Below are positions 49,716-61,419 of a DNA stretch of 64,000 nt, one piece after another. The stretch is from assembly GCF_963921235.1 (NCBI RefSeq), contig NC_086097.1, positions 221,776,001 to 221,840,000 on the forward strand, given 5' to 3'. The translations under genes and the position numbers were made by a program. Numbering within the stretch: the stretch's first letter is position 1; every line of letters starts with the position of its first letter. Origin of the DNA: Mobula hypostoma. Lineage: Eukaryota. The notes below the pieces were generated by a model, which worked only from the letters and a program-made list of their open reading frames with translations, ran no database searches and was not told the origin of the DNA.

Positions 49716-52700
49716 ATGGGGAAATACTACATGGTAGTAATCACTCATCCAGTGTTTAATAGATAAGGTTCCGACTGAAGAATCTCGTGCAATAACATAC
49801 TTCTGACATTTTGTCATTGACAGGAACTTTGAGTACACTTGAACGTCAGGAACACGGTCTGAATGTTTGTAAAGGAAATCACAGAACTTCAAGTCTGTCA
49901 TTACAGACACAAGGTAAAACTCCTTAGGACACATATAATTAATGCCAGCGGAGACTTTACAATATGTGCGTCTAAGTTTCAATACCCGTCAATTCAGGTC
50001 AAGATTTTAAAATTTTACCGGGAAGGGGCGGAGATTAGCAGATCAGAATTTAGGAAGATTGCAAAGCAATAACTCTCAGTTGAGCAAGGAAATCGAACCT
50101 GTTTAAATGGCTTAATATGGAAAAAATGCTCGATGCTGCTTCTGCCCCACGTTTTTCAGATCCAGTTACAACTGCCGAGACAAAGTCTTAGCAAAGCAGA
50201 AAATCGATCGGCTTGGGTTTTCCATTGAGGTCAGACTCGCTTTTCCAAGGCCGCGAGTATTGTTAAATACTCCATCGGCGAATTTATAAACAAACCACAG
50301 GCCTTTAATTATACTTCAGCGCCCTAACCTGTATCACGTGGACTGGAATCCTAGTTTTAAAATTTGTCTCAAACGCGCTAAGCTATTTCAAATTGCAAAT
50401 TAAATAATAACGATTGTTTAATAAATAATTGCATAGTTTTTATGCATTTCATTATAAATACCTACAAATAAATCCCACGAACGAGACATTTTTAAAGATG
50501 GTCAAATGTGAAATATTTCAACCTAATATTTTGGTACGAATGAAGTTTGCTATTCTCCACTGCACTAGAAATGACCAGGAGGGGAGGAAGTCTGAATTGT
50601 TGCTGATTGATGTGAAGATACAGATCTATTTGCAGTTACAAGGAAACTCAGCAAATTAGCTATATCTGGTGTAAATGTGTAATAAACAAAATATATTTCG
50701 TTTCCAAATGTGCTTCGGTAATCGAAATGTGTGAATTCATCGTGTTAAAATAATTGTATGCCGTGTAATGACTTTTGCATTGGCTGTGAAGTATTGTATG
50801 AAATATTGTCTCTCTTCAAAGCCCTGTTTTATAATCTGAACGTGACATTTGGAAGAAATCCCTGCCCAATTACCATCAACATATAACCTGTAGCACCGGC
50901 GGTGTCAACACATTTGACCAGTGCTACACTAAGATAAGGAATGCCTACCGTTCTATTCCCTGACTGCATTTCGGGGAATTTGATCACTTGGTTGTCCTTC
51001 TCCTGCCTGCATACAGAAAGAGGCTAAAAGAGCAAGGCTCCAGAGATTAGGACAACAAAGAGGTGGTCGTGGGAGGTAAAGGATCGGGTATGGCATTGCT
51101 TCGACTCGGTGGGCGGGACCGTGTCAAGGACTCCTCTGTGGATCTGAATGAATCCACCGCGGTTAATACGGACCTTATACATATATAAAAAAAGTCATAG
51201 ACGAGTGTGTCCGCACAAAATTATTCAGGGTATTCCCCAACCAGAAGCTTGGACGAGACAAGATTTGCTATCTGCTGTGGGCGTGATCAGAGGCATTCAC
51301 GTCTGGCGACCAAGAAAGTTACAAGAGGTAACTTTCCGGAAAGCCATCTCGCGCGCGAAGAGTCAATTTCGGACTAAACTCGAATCAAGAAAGAATACTC
51401 GACAGCTGTGGCAGGGCTTGAATGCTATCACCCGTTACCAAGTAAAAGCAAGCGACATTGGTGACAACAAGGCTTCGCTTCCGGACGACCTTATTGCCTT
51501 CCAAGCTCGCTTTGACCGACAAAAACCATCACCAATTCTCAATAACCCTATGATTTCAGTCTCTGAGGCCGACGTGAGAGCAGCCTTCTGGAAAGTGAGC
51601 CCACAGAAAGCATGCGGCCCAGACTGAGTACCTGGCCAAATACTAACGACCTGTGCTGATCAACTGGCTGGAGTGTTTACTGAGATCTTGAGCATCTCGC
51701 TTCGGCAGTCTGAGGTTCCAACCTTCTTCAAGCAGGCTTCAATTTTATCAATGTCTGAGAAGACCGTGATAACCTTCCTCAATGACCATCCTGCGGCAGC
51801 ACTTGCATCCACAGTGATGACGTGTCTGAGAGGTTGGTGATGAAACACAATAACTTCTGCCTGAGAAGCGTCTTGCTTACTGGCACAACAGGTCCACAGC
51901 AGATGCCATTTTATTGGCTCTTCACTCTACCCTGGAGCATCTGGACAGCAAAGATGCATACACCAGGATGCTCTTTATTGACTACAGCTTGGCACTCAAT
52001 GCTATCATCTCCTCAAAACTGATCAACAAGCTTCAAGACCTTGGCCTCAATGCCTCCTTGTGCAGTTAGATCCTCGACTTGCAGACCCCAGTCAGGTCCA
52101 ATTGTCAACAACATTTTCTCCACAATCTCTATCAGCACAGGTGCATCGCTAGGCTGTATGCTTAGACCCCTGCTCTACCCGCTTTGCACTCCTGACTGTG
52201 TGGCTAAGCACAGCTCCAATGCCATATTTAGCTTTGCTGGTGACCCCACTAAGGTAGGCCGGATCAAAGGTGGTGACGAGTCAGCATATAGAAAGGAGAT
52301 TAAAAATCTGGCTGAATGATGCCAAAAACATAACCTCTTACTCAATGTCAGCAAGACAAAGGAGGTGATTATTGACTTCGGGCGGAGGAAACTGGAAGTC
52401 CATGAGTGAATCCTCATCAGTGTATCAGAGATGGAGAGGGTCAGCAACTTTAGATTCCTTGGTGTTATCAGGATCTGACCTGGGCCCAGTATGAAAGTGC
52501 AATTATGAAGAAAGAACGGCAGTGCCTCTACTTCCTTGGAAGTTTGCGAAGATTCAGCAAAATAGTTAAAACTTTGACAAATTTCTAAAGATGTGTGGTG
52601 GAGAGTATGTTGACTGGCAGCATCAAAGCCTGGTATGGAAACACCAATGACCTTGAAGGAAAATCATGCAAAAAGTCATGGATACAGCCAAGTCCATCAC

Positions 52701-52734
52701 GGGTAAGGTCCATCCCACCACTGAACATATCTAC

Positions 52735-53881
52735 TGTCATGGTCCGGTCTGTGAAGTCCACATTCCAGTTCACGGTCCGGTCCGTGGATTCAGGCCTCCG
52801 GGTCTTCCAGCTGTTCCTTGTTTTGGTTGAGTTAATCATAGGCACTTGATTCCCATCTTGGGGCTTGGAATATAAGTAGCCTTGGGGACACCTGTGGGCT
52901 GCTGGTTTGTCTTGTCAAGATTTTCTGGGAGCAACCTGTTGGTGGAAGGCTAGAGTGGCCACTTGCCAACTTTAGGCTGTGTTGGAGAACCATCGCTTCA
53001 TGGAGCCTTGCCGTCAGTAGTCGGAGCTGTCTTTGTGGTATGGATTCAGCTGTTTCCTGGGCCAGCTGAGTGGCTGTCAGCCACTCCAAGCTAGGTAGGG
53101 ATCCAGCTGATTCCATAGCCAGCCTAGGTTGCTGGCCAAACTGTGACTTGGAGCAACCCCAATGCAGAGATGGAACTGTCTGTCGTTCTTCAGTGTTTGT
53201 CTCTTCTTGTCCTTGCCTCCGTGGGGTAAGTCAGGCTGTTCTGCTGTTGCCCTGCGGGGGGATCTGTCTTGTCTTGTCCTCGCCTCCGTGGCGTAAGTCA
53301 AGCCGTTCTGCCATTGCCCTGTGAGGGGTCGTGTCTTTTCTTTGCCTCTGTTGGGTAAGTCTGGCCGATCTGCCATTATCCGACGGATGGACCTGTCCCA
53401 CCTTGGTGTGGAGATAAAGTTGAGTCCTGACTTGTCTAAGGATAAGTCCCGGCTCTATGTCTGTGTACTGTCCAATCTCATGTTAGTGTCATGTTAAAGA
53501 TGAGTCCCGGCTTTTCGAAGGATAAGTCCCAGCTCTATGTAGATGTACAGTTCCCAGCCTGTCTCCAATCTCAAGCCTCAAGACCCCAGCCTCCAGTCCT
53601 GTAGTCATGTCATGTCCTTACCTGGTTCTGGGGCCCGAGCCCAAGGCAAGACCCAGGTTCTGGGTCCTTGTCCAGTCTCTGGCTTGGAGCCCAAGCCCAG
53701 GCTCCTAGTTCATAATTCCTTGTCCGGGTTCCCTGTCTAGTCAAGGTCCTAGCCCAAGTCTTTGTTCTTGTCCCTGCTTCTTGTGTGTATCCTGTCACGT
53801 CCCTACTCTAGTCATCCTGTTCCTTGTACTTCAGTGTCTGTGTCTTGCATTTGAGTCCACTATCATCGCATCCCTGTGACA
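52735..53881 (+). mobile_element. Solo LTR (1147 bp), probably Gypsy
   Basis: Termini TGTCA...TGACA. Perfect 5-bp TSD TCTAC (52730-52734 and 53882-53886). TATA-like TATAAG at ~52871. Internal tandem repeats at ~53180-53550. Confidence 0.88.
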
Positions 53882-53961
53882 TCTACACAGTATTGTTGTA
53901 GAAAAGCAACATCGATCATCAGGGACCCGACCATCCAGGTCATGCTCTCTTCTGACTGCTG

Positions 53962-54137
53962 CCATCAGGAAGAAGGTACTCACACCACCAGGGTTAGGAA
54001 CAGTTATTACTCCTCAACCATCAGGAAGAAGGTACTCACACCACCAGGGTTAGGAACAGTTATTACTCCTCAACCATCAGGAAGAAGGTACTCACACCAT
54101 CAGGGTTAGGAACAGTTATTACCCCACAACCATCAGG
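53962..54137. repeat. Tandem triplication of a 56-bp unit
   Basis: CCATCAGG recurs at 53962, 54018, 54074 and 54130 with near-identical units. Confidence 0.95.
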
Positions 54138-54427
54138 CTCTTGAACTAGAGGGGATAACTTCACTCAAACTTCACTCACTTGCCCCATCACAGAACTGTT
54201 CCTAGAACCTATGGTCTCACTTTCAAGGAATCTTCACCTCAGGTTCTCCATATTTATTGGCTTATTTATTTCTTTTTTTCCTTTAGTTTTGTATTTTGTT
54301 GTGTTTTCAACACTGATTGTCTGCCCTGTTGATGCAGCCTTTCATTGGGTCTGCTATGGTTATTGGATTTATTGCACACACACAAGAAAATGAAATACTG
54401 GGTTGCAAATAGTGACATGTATGTACT

Positions 54428-57400
54428 TAGAAACATAGAAAACATACATCACAATACAGACCCTTCAGCCACAATGCTGTGCCGAACATGTGCTTACTTT
54501 AGAAATCACCTAGGGTTACCTATAGCCCTCTATTTTTCTAAGCTCCATGTACCTATCCAGGAGTCTCTTGAAAGACCCTATCGTATCTGCCTCCACCACC
54601 ATCACCAGCAGCCCATTCCATGCTATCGCCACTCTCTGCGTAAAAAAACTTGCCCTTAACATCTCCTCTGTACCTACTTCCAAGCAACTGAAAACTGTGC
54701 CCTTTTGTGTTAGCCATTTCAGCCCTAGGAAAAAGCCTCTGACTATCTCAGATATCTCAGATGCTCAATGCCTCTTATCTTATACACCTCTATCTGGTCA
54801 CCTCTCATCCTCTGTCACTCCCAGGAGAAAAGGCCGAGTTCACTCAACCTATTCTCATAAGGCATGCTCTCCAATCCATGTAACATCCTTGTAAATCTTC
54901 TCTGCACCTTTTCTATAGTTTCCACATCCTTCCTGTAGTGAGGTGACCAGAACTGAGCACAGTGCTCCAAGTGGAGTCTGACCAGGGTCCTATGTAGCTG
55001 TAACATTACCTCTCGGCTCTTAAACTCAATCCCACGGTTGATGAAGGCCAATGCACCATATGCCTTCTTAACCACAGAGTCAACCTCTGTAGCAGCTTTG
55101 AGTGTCCTATGGACTTGGACCCCAAGATCCCTCTGATCCTCCACATTGCCAAGAGTTTTACAATTAATACTATATTATGCCATCATATTTGACCTACCAA
55201 AGTGAACCACCTCACACTTATCTGGGTTGAACTCCATCTGCCACTTTCCAGCCCAGTTCTTCATCCTATCAATGTCTCACTGTAGCCTCTGACAGCCCTC
55301 CACACTATCCACAGCACCCTCAACCTTTGTGTCATCAGCAAATTTACTAAACAATCCCTCCACTTCTTCATCCAGGTCATTTATAAAAATCACAAAGAGA
55401 AGGGATCCCAGAACAGATCCCTGAGGTACACCTCTGGTGACTGAACTTCATGCAAATTATGACCCATTTACAACTACTGTTTGCCTTTGGTAGGTAAGCC
55501 AATTCTGGATCTACAAAGCAATGATCCCTTGGATCCCATGCCTCCTTACTTTCTCAATAAACCTTGCTTGGGGTACCTTATCAAATGCCTTGCTAAAATC
55601 CATATACACCACATCTACAGCTCTACCTTCATCAATGTGTTGAGTCACATCCTCAAAAAATTCTATTAGGCTTGTAAGGCACAACCTGCCTTTGATAAAG
55701 CCATGCTGACTTTTCCTAATTATATTATACCTCTCCAAATGTTCATGAATCCTGCCTCTTAGGATCTTTTCCATCAACTTACCAACCACTGAAGTAAGAT
55801 GCACTGGTCTATAATTGCCTGGGCTATCTCTACTCCCTTTCTTGAATAAGGGAACAACATCTGCAACCCTCCAATCCTCTGGAACCTCTCTCATCCCCAT
55901 TAATGATGCAAAGATCATTGCCAGAGGCTCAGCAATCTCCTCTCTCACTTCCCACAGTAGCCTGGGGTACATCTCGTCCAGTCTTGGTGATTTATCCAAC
56001 TTGATGCTTTCCAAAAGCTCCAGCACATTCTCTTTCTTAATGTCTATATACTCAAGCTTTCCAGTCCACTGTAAATCTCCAAGGCCCTTTTCAGTAGTGA
56101 ATACTGAAGCAAAATATTCATTAAGCACATCTGCTGTCTCCTCTGGTTCCATACACATTTTTCCACTGTCACACTTGATTGGTCCTATTCTCTCACATCT
56201 TATCCTCTTGCTCTTCACATACTTGTAGAATACCTTGGAGTTTTCCTTAATCCTGCTCGCCAAGGCCTTCTCATGGCCCCGTCTGGCTCCCATCATTTCA
56301 TTCTTAAGCTCCTTCCTGCTAGCCTTATAATCTTCCAGATCTCTATCATCACTTAGTTTTTTGAACCTTTCGTAAGCTTTTCTTTTCTTCTTGACTAGAT
56401 TTTCAACAGTGTTTGTGCACCACGGTTCCTGTACCCTACCATCCTTTCCCTGTCTCATTGGAACGTACCTATGCAGAACACCATGCAAATATCCCCCGAA
56501 CATTTGCCACACTTCTGCCATACATTTCTCAGAGAACATCTGTTCCCAATTTATACTTCCAAGTTCCTGCCTGATAGCTTCATATTTCCCCATATTCTAA
56601 TTAAACATTTTCCTAACTTGTCTGTTCCTATCCCTTTTCAATGCTATGGTAAAGGAGATAAAATTGTGATCACTATCTCCAAAATGCTCTCCCACTGAGA
56701 GACCTGACATCTAACCGGGTTCATTTCCCAATACCAGATCCAGTACAGCCTCTCCTCTTGTAGGCTTATTGTGTCAGGAAATCTTCCTGAACACACCTAA
56801 CAAACTTCATCCTATCTAAACCCCTTGCTCTAGGGAGATACCAATCAATATTTGGGAAATTAAAATCTCCCACCATGACAACGCTGTTATTATTACACCT
56901 TTCCAGAATCTGTCTCCCAATCTGCACTCCAATGTCCCTGTTACTATTGGGCGGTCTTTAAAAAAAACACCCAGTAGAGTTATTGACCCTTTCCTGTTCC
57001 TTACTTCCACCCACAGAGACTCAGTGGACAACCCTTCCATGACTTCCTCCTTTTCTGCAGCCATGACACTATCTCTGATCAACAGTGCCACATCTCCACC
57101 TCTTTTGCCTCCCTCCCTGTCCTATCTGAAACATCTAAAGCCTGGCACTCTAAGTAGCCATTCCTGAACCCGAGCCATCCAAGTCTCTAATGGCCACGAT
57201 ATCTTAGGTTCAAGCACTGATTCACACTCTAAACTCATCCACTTCGTTCATGATACTCCTGGCATTAAAATAGACACATCTCAAACCATTGGTCTGAGCT
57301 CATCCCTTCTCTATTAACTGCCTATCCTGCCTCTCGCACTTCCTCTATTTGTGAACCAACTGCCCCCTTCCTCTGTCTGAAGAGTTCAGTTCCCACCCCC

Positions 57401-57685
57401 CAGCAATTCTAGTTTAAACTCTCTCCAATAGCCTTAGCTAACCTCTCCACCAGGATATTGGTCCCCCTGGAATTCAAGTGCAACCCATCCTTTTTGTACA
57501 GGCCACACCTGCCCCAAAAGAGGTCCCAACGATCCAGAAATCTGAATCCCTGCCCCCTGCTCCAGTCCCTCAGCCATGCATTTTTCCTCCACCTCACTTT
57601 ATTCCTATTCTCACTGTCGTGTGGCACAGGCAGTAATCCTGAGATTACTACCTTTGGCACAGGCAGTAATCCTGAGATTACTACA
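54428..57685 (-). mobile_element. CR1 LINE (ORF1 esterase end plus frameshifted ORF2)
   Basis: ORFs 57409-57696 (VVISGLLPVP, DGLHLN), 56816-57091, 55511-56593 and 54815-55144. ~33-bp tandem duplication at 57622-57685. Confidence 0.95.
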
Positions 57686-58404
57686 TTTGATAACAAATTT
57701 ACACTGAGCTTTGAACTTCAATTCCATGGCCAAACAATATCAATGCATTAACTTAGATACTAATTTGATTTTTAAATATATACATTATTAAAATAGTGCC
57801 CGTATGCCTTTGTCACTCTCAGTATCTTAATAAATCAGCACATCTGGTTGGGTTTTCAAAATATGAAGACATGCAGGGTAAAGGGAAAGGGACACATAAT
57901 TTCTGGCAAAACACGCAAAAGGTTAATTTTGTTCAAACTAATTTTGTTCTTGTTGCAGTTTTCCAGCAAAACAGTCTGTGTAAAAGTAAAAGAAATCTGC
58001 AGACGATGGAAATTTGAAATAAAAACAGAGGCAGTCTGCAGTCAGGAAGCTTTGGAGGAAGAAAAGATGAGATAGCTTCACAGGTTAAAGATTGCCCATC
58101 AGAACTCTTCAAAATTCTGAGCCACACAGATTTTCTTATATTTGATATAAATAGATGTTTTATAAAATGGTTTATTGGCATAGAGGTTAGATGTCCCACA
58201 TTCAAACCCAGTTACTAGGATTGTAATTGGCCTCCAACACTATTCGAATCAGATCCAAACCTTGTTACACCATTGAATATTTTTGTATTTTTCAATTATT
58301 TGGTAAGCAATTAACTTTCCAGGTATGAGCCATTTGTTTACCTGTATCAATTGTAATTGATAAAATATTCCTTACATTTTAAAATATTCCTTACATTCAC
58401 CATC

Positions 58405-58502
58405 CAATCCTTTTTGTACCGGTCACACCTGCCCCAAAAGAGGTCCCAATGATCCAGAAATCTGAATCCCTGCCCCCTGCTCCAATCCCTCAGCCATGCA
58501 TT
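58405..58502 (-). mobile_element. Isolated internal CR1 ORF1 fragment
   Basis: Matches 57487-57582 with 4 mismatches by eye; flanked by duplicated CATTCACCATC. Confidence 0.85.
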
Positions 58503-59282
58503 CACCATCACAAATTACAGAATTCACTAAATTTTGCCTTTCATGCAAGCACATTTCTTGATATATTGCAGCAGCGCTTGACAAGTACAGTAAACCAAGC
58601 AAGGATAAAATAATTTAATAATCTGTTTCTTGTAGTGCCCACTCACAAACAAGCCCTGCACATATTGTACTGAAACAGAAATTAAACCTCTCACTCTGAG
58701 GTACCTCAGGTAGAAAACAACAAAACTGGAATCATCTATAAACCTTCAGCACCCCTAGGCACAACATTCAGCCCAAGGGAAAAACTATTGTTTGTTAAGG
58801 AGTATATCTCCAGCAATGGAATATGACTGGCTATAATGAAAATGTTTTCCATTTTGAATCTTTGCTAATATCGCTCATTGAAGCTTGAAGCTTTTGACTT
58901 AAAGAGCTTCATGAGTTACTATTTATAATACAAACTAATTTTAACCACCTTCTGCATCTAACTACTTCTTCCTTAATTTGAGCCATTGTTCTTTTTTTGA
59001 ATTTATGATGTACATTTCAGAAGAAAAGCGATATTATCAAAAGGTTCACTTGGGACACTTAAGAGCTAATCATCAGAAAAAAAATTATGAAAGCCAGTAT
59101 GTTCAGATGTTGGAATAGGAAAAGAAAATACCTAAACACTCAGCAGGTCAGGCGGCATCTACAGAAAGAGGAAGCAAGTAGCTGTCCAAGGCTCTCAGAA
59201 GGAAATTTCTGAGGAAGGAAATTTGTTCTGCAAGGTTAATTCTTTCCACAGTGTTTCCAGCATTTTCAACTTTCCTTCCCCA

Positions 59283-59820
59283 TTTGATTGTGAGCAGTTT
59301 TGGGTCCCCAACCTAAGAAATGACATGTTGGCATTGGAGAGGAGTCCAGAAGAGATTCACAAGAATGATCCCGGAAAGTAAAGGATTAATGTATGAGGAG
59401 TGTTTGATGGGTCTGGCCCTGTACTCACTGGAGTTTGGAAGAATGAGGGGGATTTCATATTGAAAGGCTGAAATAGAGTTGACATGGAAAGCGTGTTTCC
59501 AATAGTGGGGGAGTCCAGGACTGTAGGGCACTGACTCAGGATAGAAGGATGTCCCTTTAAAACAGAGATAATGAGGAATTTCTTCAGCCAGAGGGTGATG
59601 AATCTGTGGACTGCATTGCCACAGATGCTGCGGTGGCCAAGTAATCGGGTTTCTTTAAAGTGAAGGTTGATAGGTTCTTGATTAGTAAGGGTGTCAATAG
59701 TTTTGAGGAGAAGGTGGGAGAATGGGGTTGAGAAAGACAATACATCAGCCACATGCAATCACAGAACAGATTTGATGGGCCGAATGGCGAAATTCCACAC
59801 ATATGTTTTATGGTCTTATT
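59283..59820 (+). mobile_element. CR1 3' fragment
   Basis: Degenerate QFW.P.LR..LE..Q.RFTRMIP; 3' end ttatggtctta. Confidence 0.85.
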
Positions 59821-59952
59821 GATTGCATTTCTAAAAATTATTTTTTATGTTCCAAGGTTTAAAATTTTAATGGTCTTAATGATTTCCTAAGGCTGAAAGT
59901 TGTTTTTTTTTTGAATGGGTTTAACACTTTGAAGCATTGGAAAAAGTGGCTG

Positions 59953-60112
59953 TATCAGAATTAGGTTTATTATCACAGACAAATGTCGTGAAATTTGTTG
60001 TTTTGTGGCAGCTATATAGCGCAATACATAAAAATTGCCATAAATTGCAAACATAAATAGTGCAGAAGCCAAATAAAGGGATAGTGTTCATGGACCATTC
60101 AAAAGCTTTTAT
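59953..60112 (-). mobile_element. Rex1-type LINE 3' end
   Basis: atcagaattaggtttattatcac...gtcgtgaaatttgttg, as at 3716 and 23088. Confidence 0.7.
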
Positions 60113-60684
60113 GCCTGATAATGCTAAAGGAGGGAGACTAATAATTGACAAGTGACAGCCCACTGTGTGGAGGTGTACAAGCAGGATGAGCAATGTGAAT
60201 AATAATATTAGCTCTTGTATATAGAAACGGGGAAAGGAAGGAGAAATAACTGAGACTATTCTAAATAAAGGAGGCACGAAGAAGCTTGTACAGAACATCA
60301 CTCATGAACCATGCCCCAGTGCGTTAGGGGATGGAGTCATAGTCCTGAATCTCTGATATTGTGTTTAGATGCATGTATAGAGTATAAAAGTAAGGATGGG
60401 ATGTGAAATTGGTTCTTGCACTGAGTTAAGCCGTAGTTGTATCTGTAGAGAATAAATTATAACTCTGAAGGGATAAACTTAGCCTAGGTTCAGTCAGATG
60501 TGGCTGAGGATAAGGAATATCAACGATAAAGAGGTATTTGAGCCAGGTTTTGATTACGTCAATTAAAATATTGACAAAGAAGAGAAGATTCTGGTTACAT
60601 CAATTCGAGTATTAATTATTTCTATCATTTGGAAAGACAGAGTCTAATTTATAATAAAAAAGAAAACAATTAAGTCTATGATTG

Positions 60685-60985
60685 GTTTATTTATTTATTT
60701 AGAGATACAGCATAGAACAGTTCCTTCTGGCCCAATGAACCACGCCATCCAGCAATCTACCAATTTAACACTTGCCCAATCACAAGAAAATTTGCAATGA
60801 CCAATTAACCTACTAACATGTATGTCTTTGGACTGTGGGAAGGAAACCAGAGCACCTGAACAAAACTCATGTGGTCATAAGGAGAATGCACAAACTCCTC
60901 ACAGATGGCACCAGGAATGAACCCTGAACTCTGGTGCCCCAAGCTGTAACAACGTCGCCCTATCTGCCACATGACCACGGTGCCC
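60685..60985 (-). mobile_element. HE1/V-SINE-like tRNA-derived SINE with a CR1-type 3' tail
   Basis: Minus strand has V-domain-like GGAGTTTGTGCATTCTCC...GTGCTCTGGTTTCCTTCCCACAGTCCAAAGAC, a CR1-like 3' end and a (TAAA)n tail. Confidence 0.75.
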
Positions 60986-61419
60986 AACTATTCTCAGTGG
61001 GGATGTTTCATGGACTGGGGCATTAATTTGCTATTTTGAACAAGGTAATGTAAGGGTAAATGTTATTTTACACAGAGAATAATTATGATCTGGTGAATGC
61101 TGCCTGATAGGGCGGTGAAAAAATAGAAGTAATCAGGATATTCTCAGGGGAACTGGAGAGGGAATAATTTCCAGCACAATAAAGGAAACAATGGGGTCTG
61201 CGACTGATGGGTTTGCTCAAGGAGCTGGCTGACACTTTATGGGCTAAATAGCTTACTCCTGTGCCACAAGAATTCTGATTCTTGGATACAATGAAAATTC
61301 AGAGAGACTAGCTTTAAAATGAAGCAGTTAGAATGTGTTGAAATACAAGAATCTCCCACAATTCTATTTTGAACAGAATTCACAAATTTCTTTGAAAGGA
61401 TATCAGATGTTTTGAGATC

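Larger units (their letters stand above)
50850..57718 (+). mobile_element. Rex1/Babar-type LINE hosting a solo LTR (52735-53881) and a CR1 (54428-57685)
   Basis: KKSLPNYHQHITCS, RQLWQGLNAIT, ISVSEADVR and DCVAKHSSNAIFSFA. The 3' tail is split: gtgacatgtatgtactt (54412-54428) and tttgataacaaatttac...tttgaactt (57686-57718). Confidence 0.85.

Noticed and set aside
53962..54137. Regularly spaced repeats as a CRISPR array
   Set aside because: The units are wholly repeated with no unique spacers, the context is a eukaryotic LINE, and there are no cas genes.
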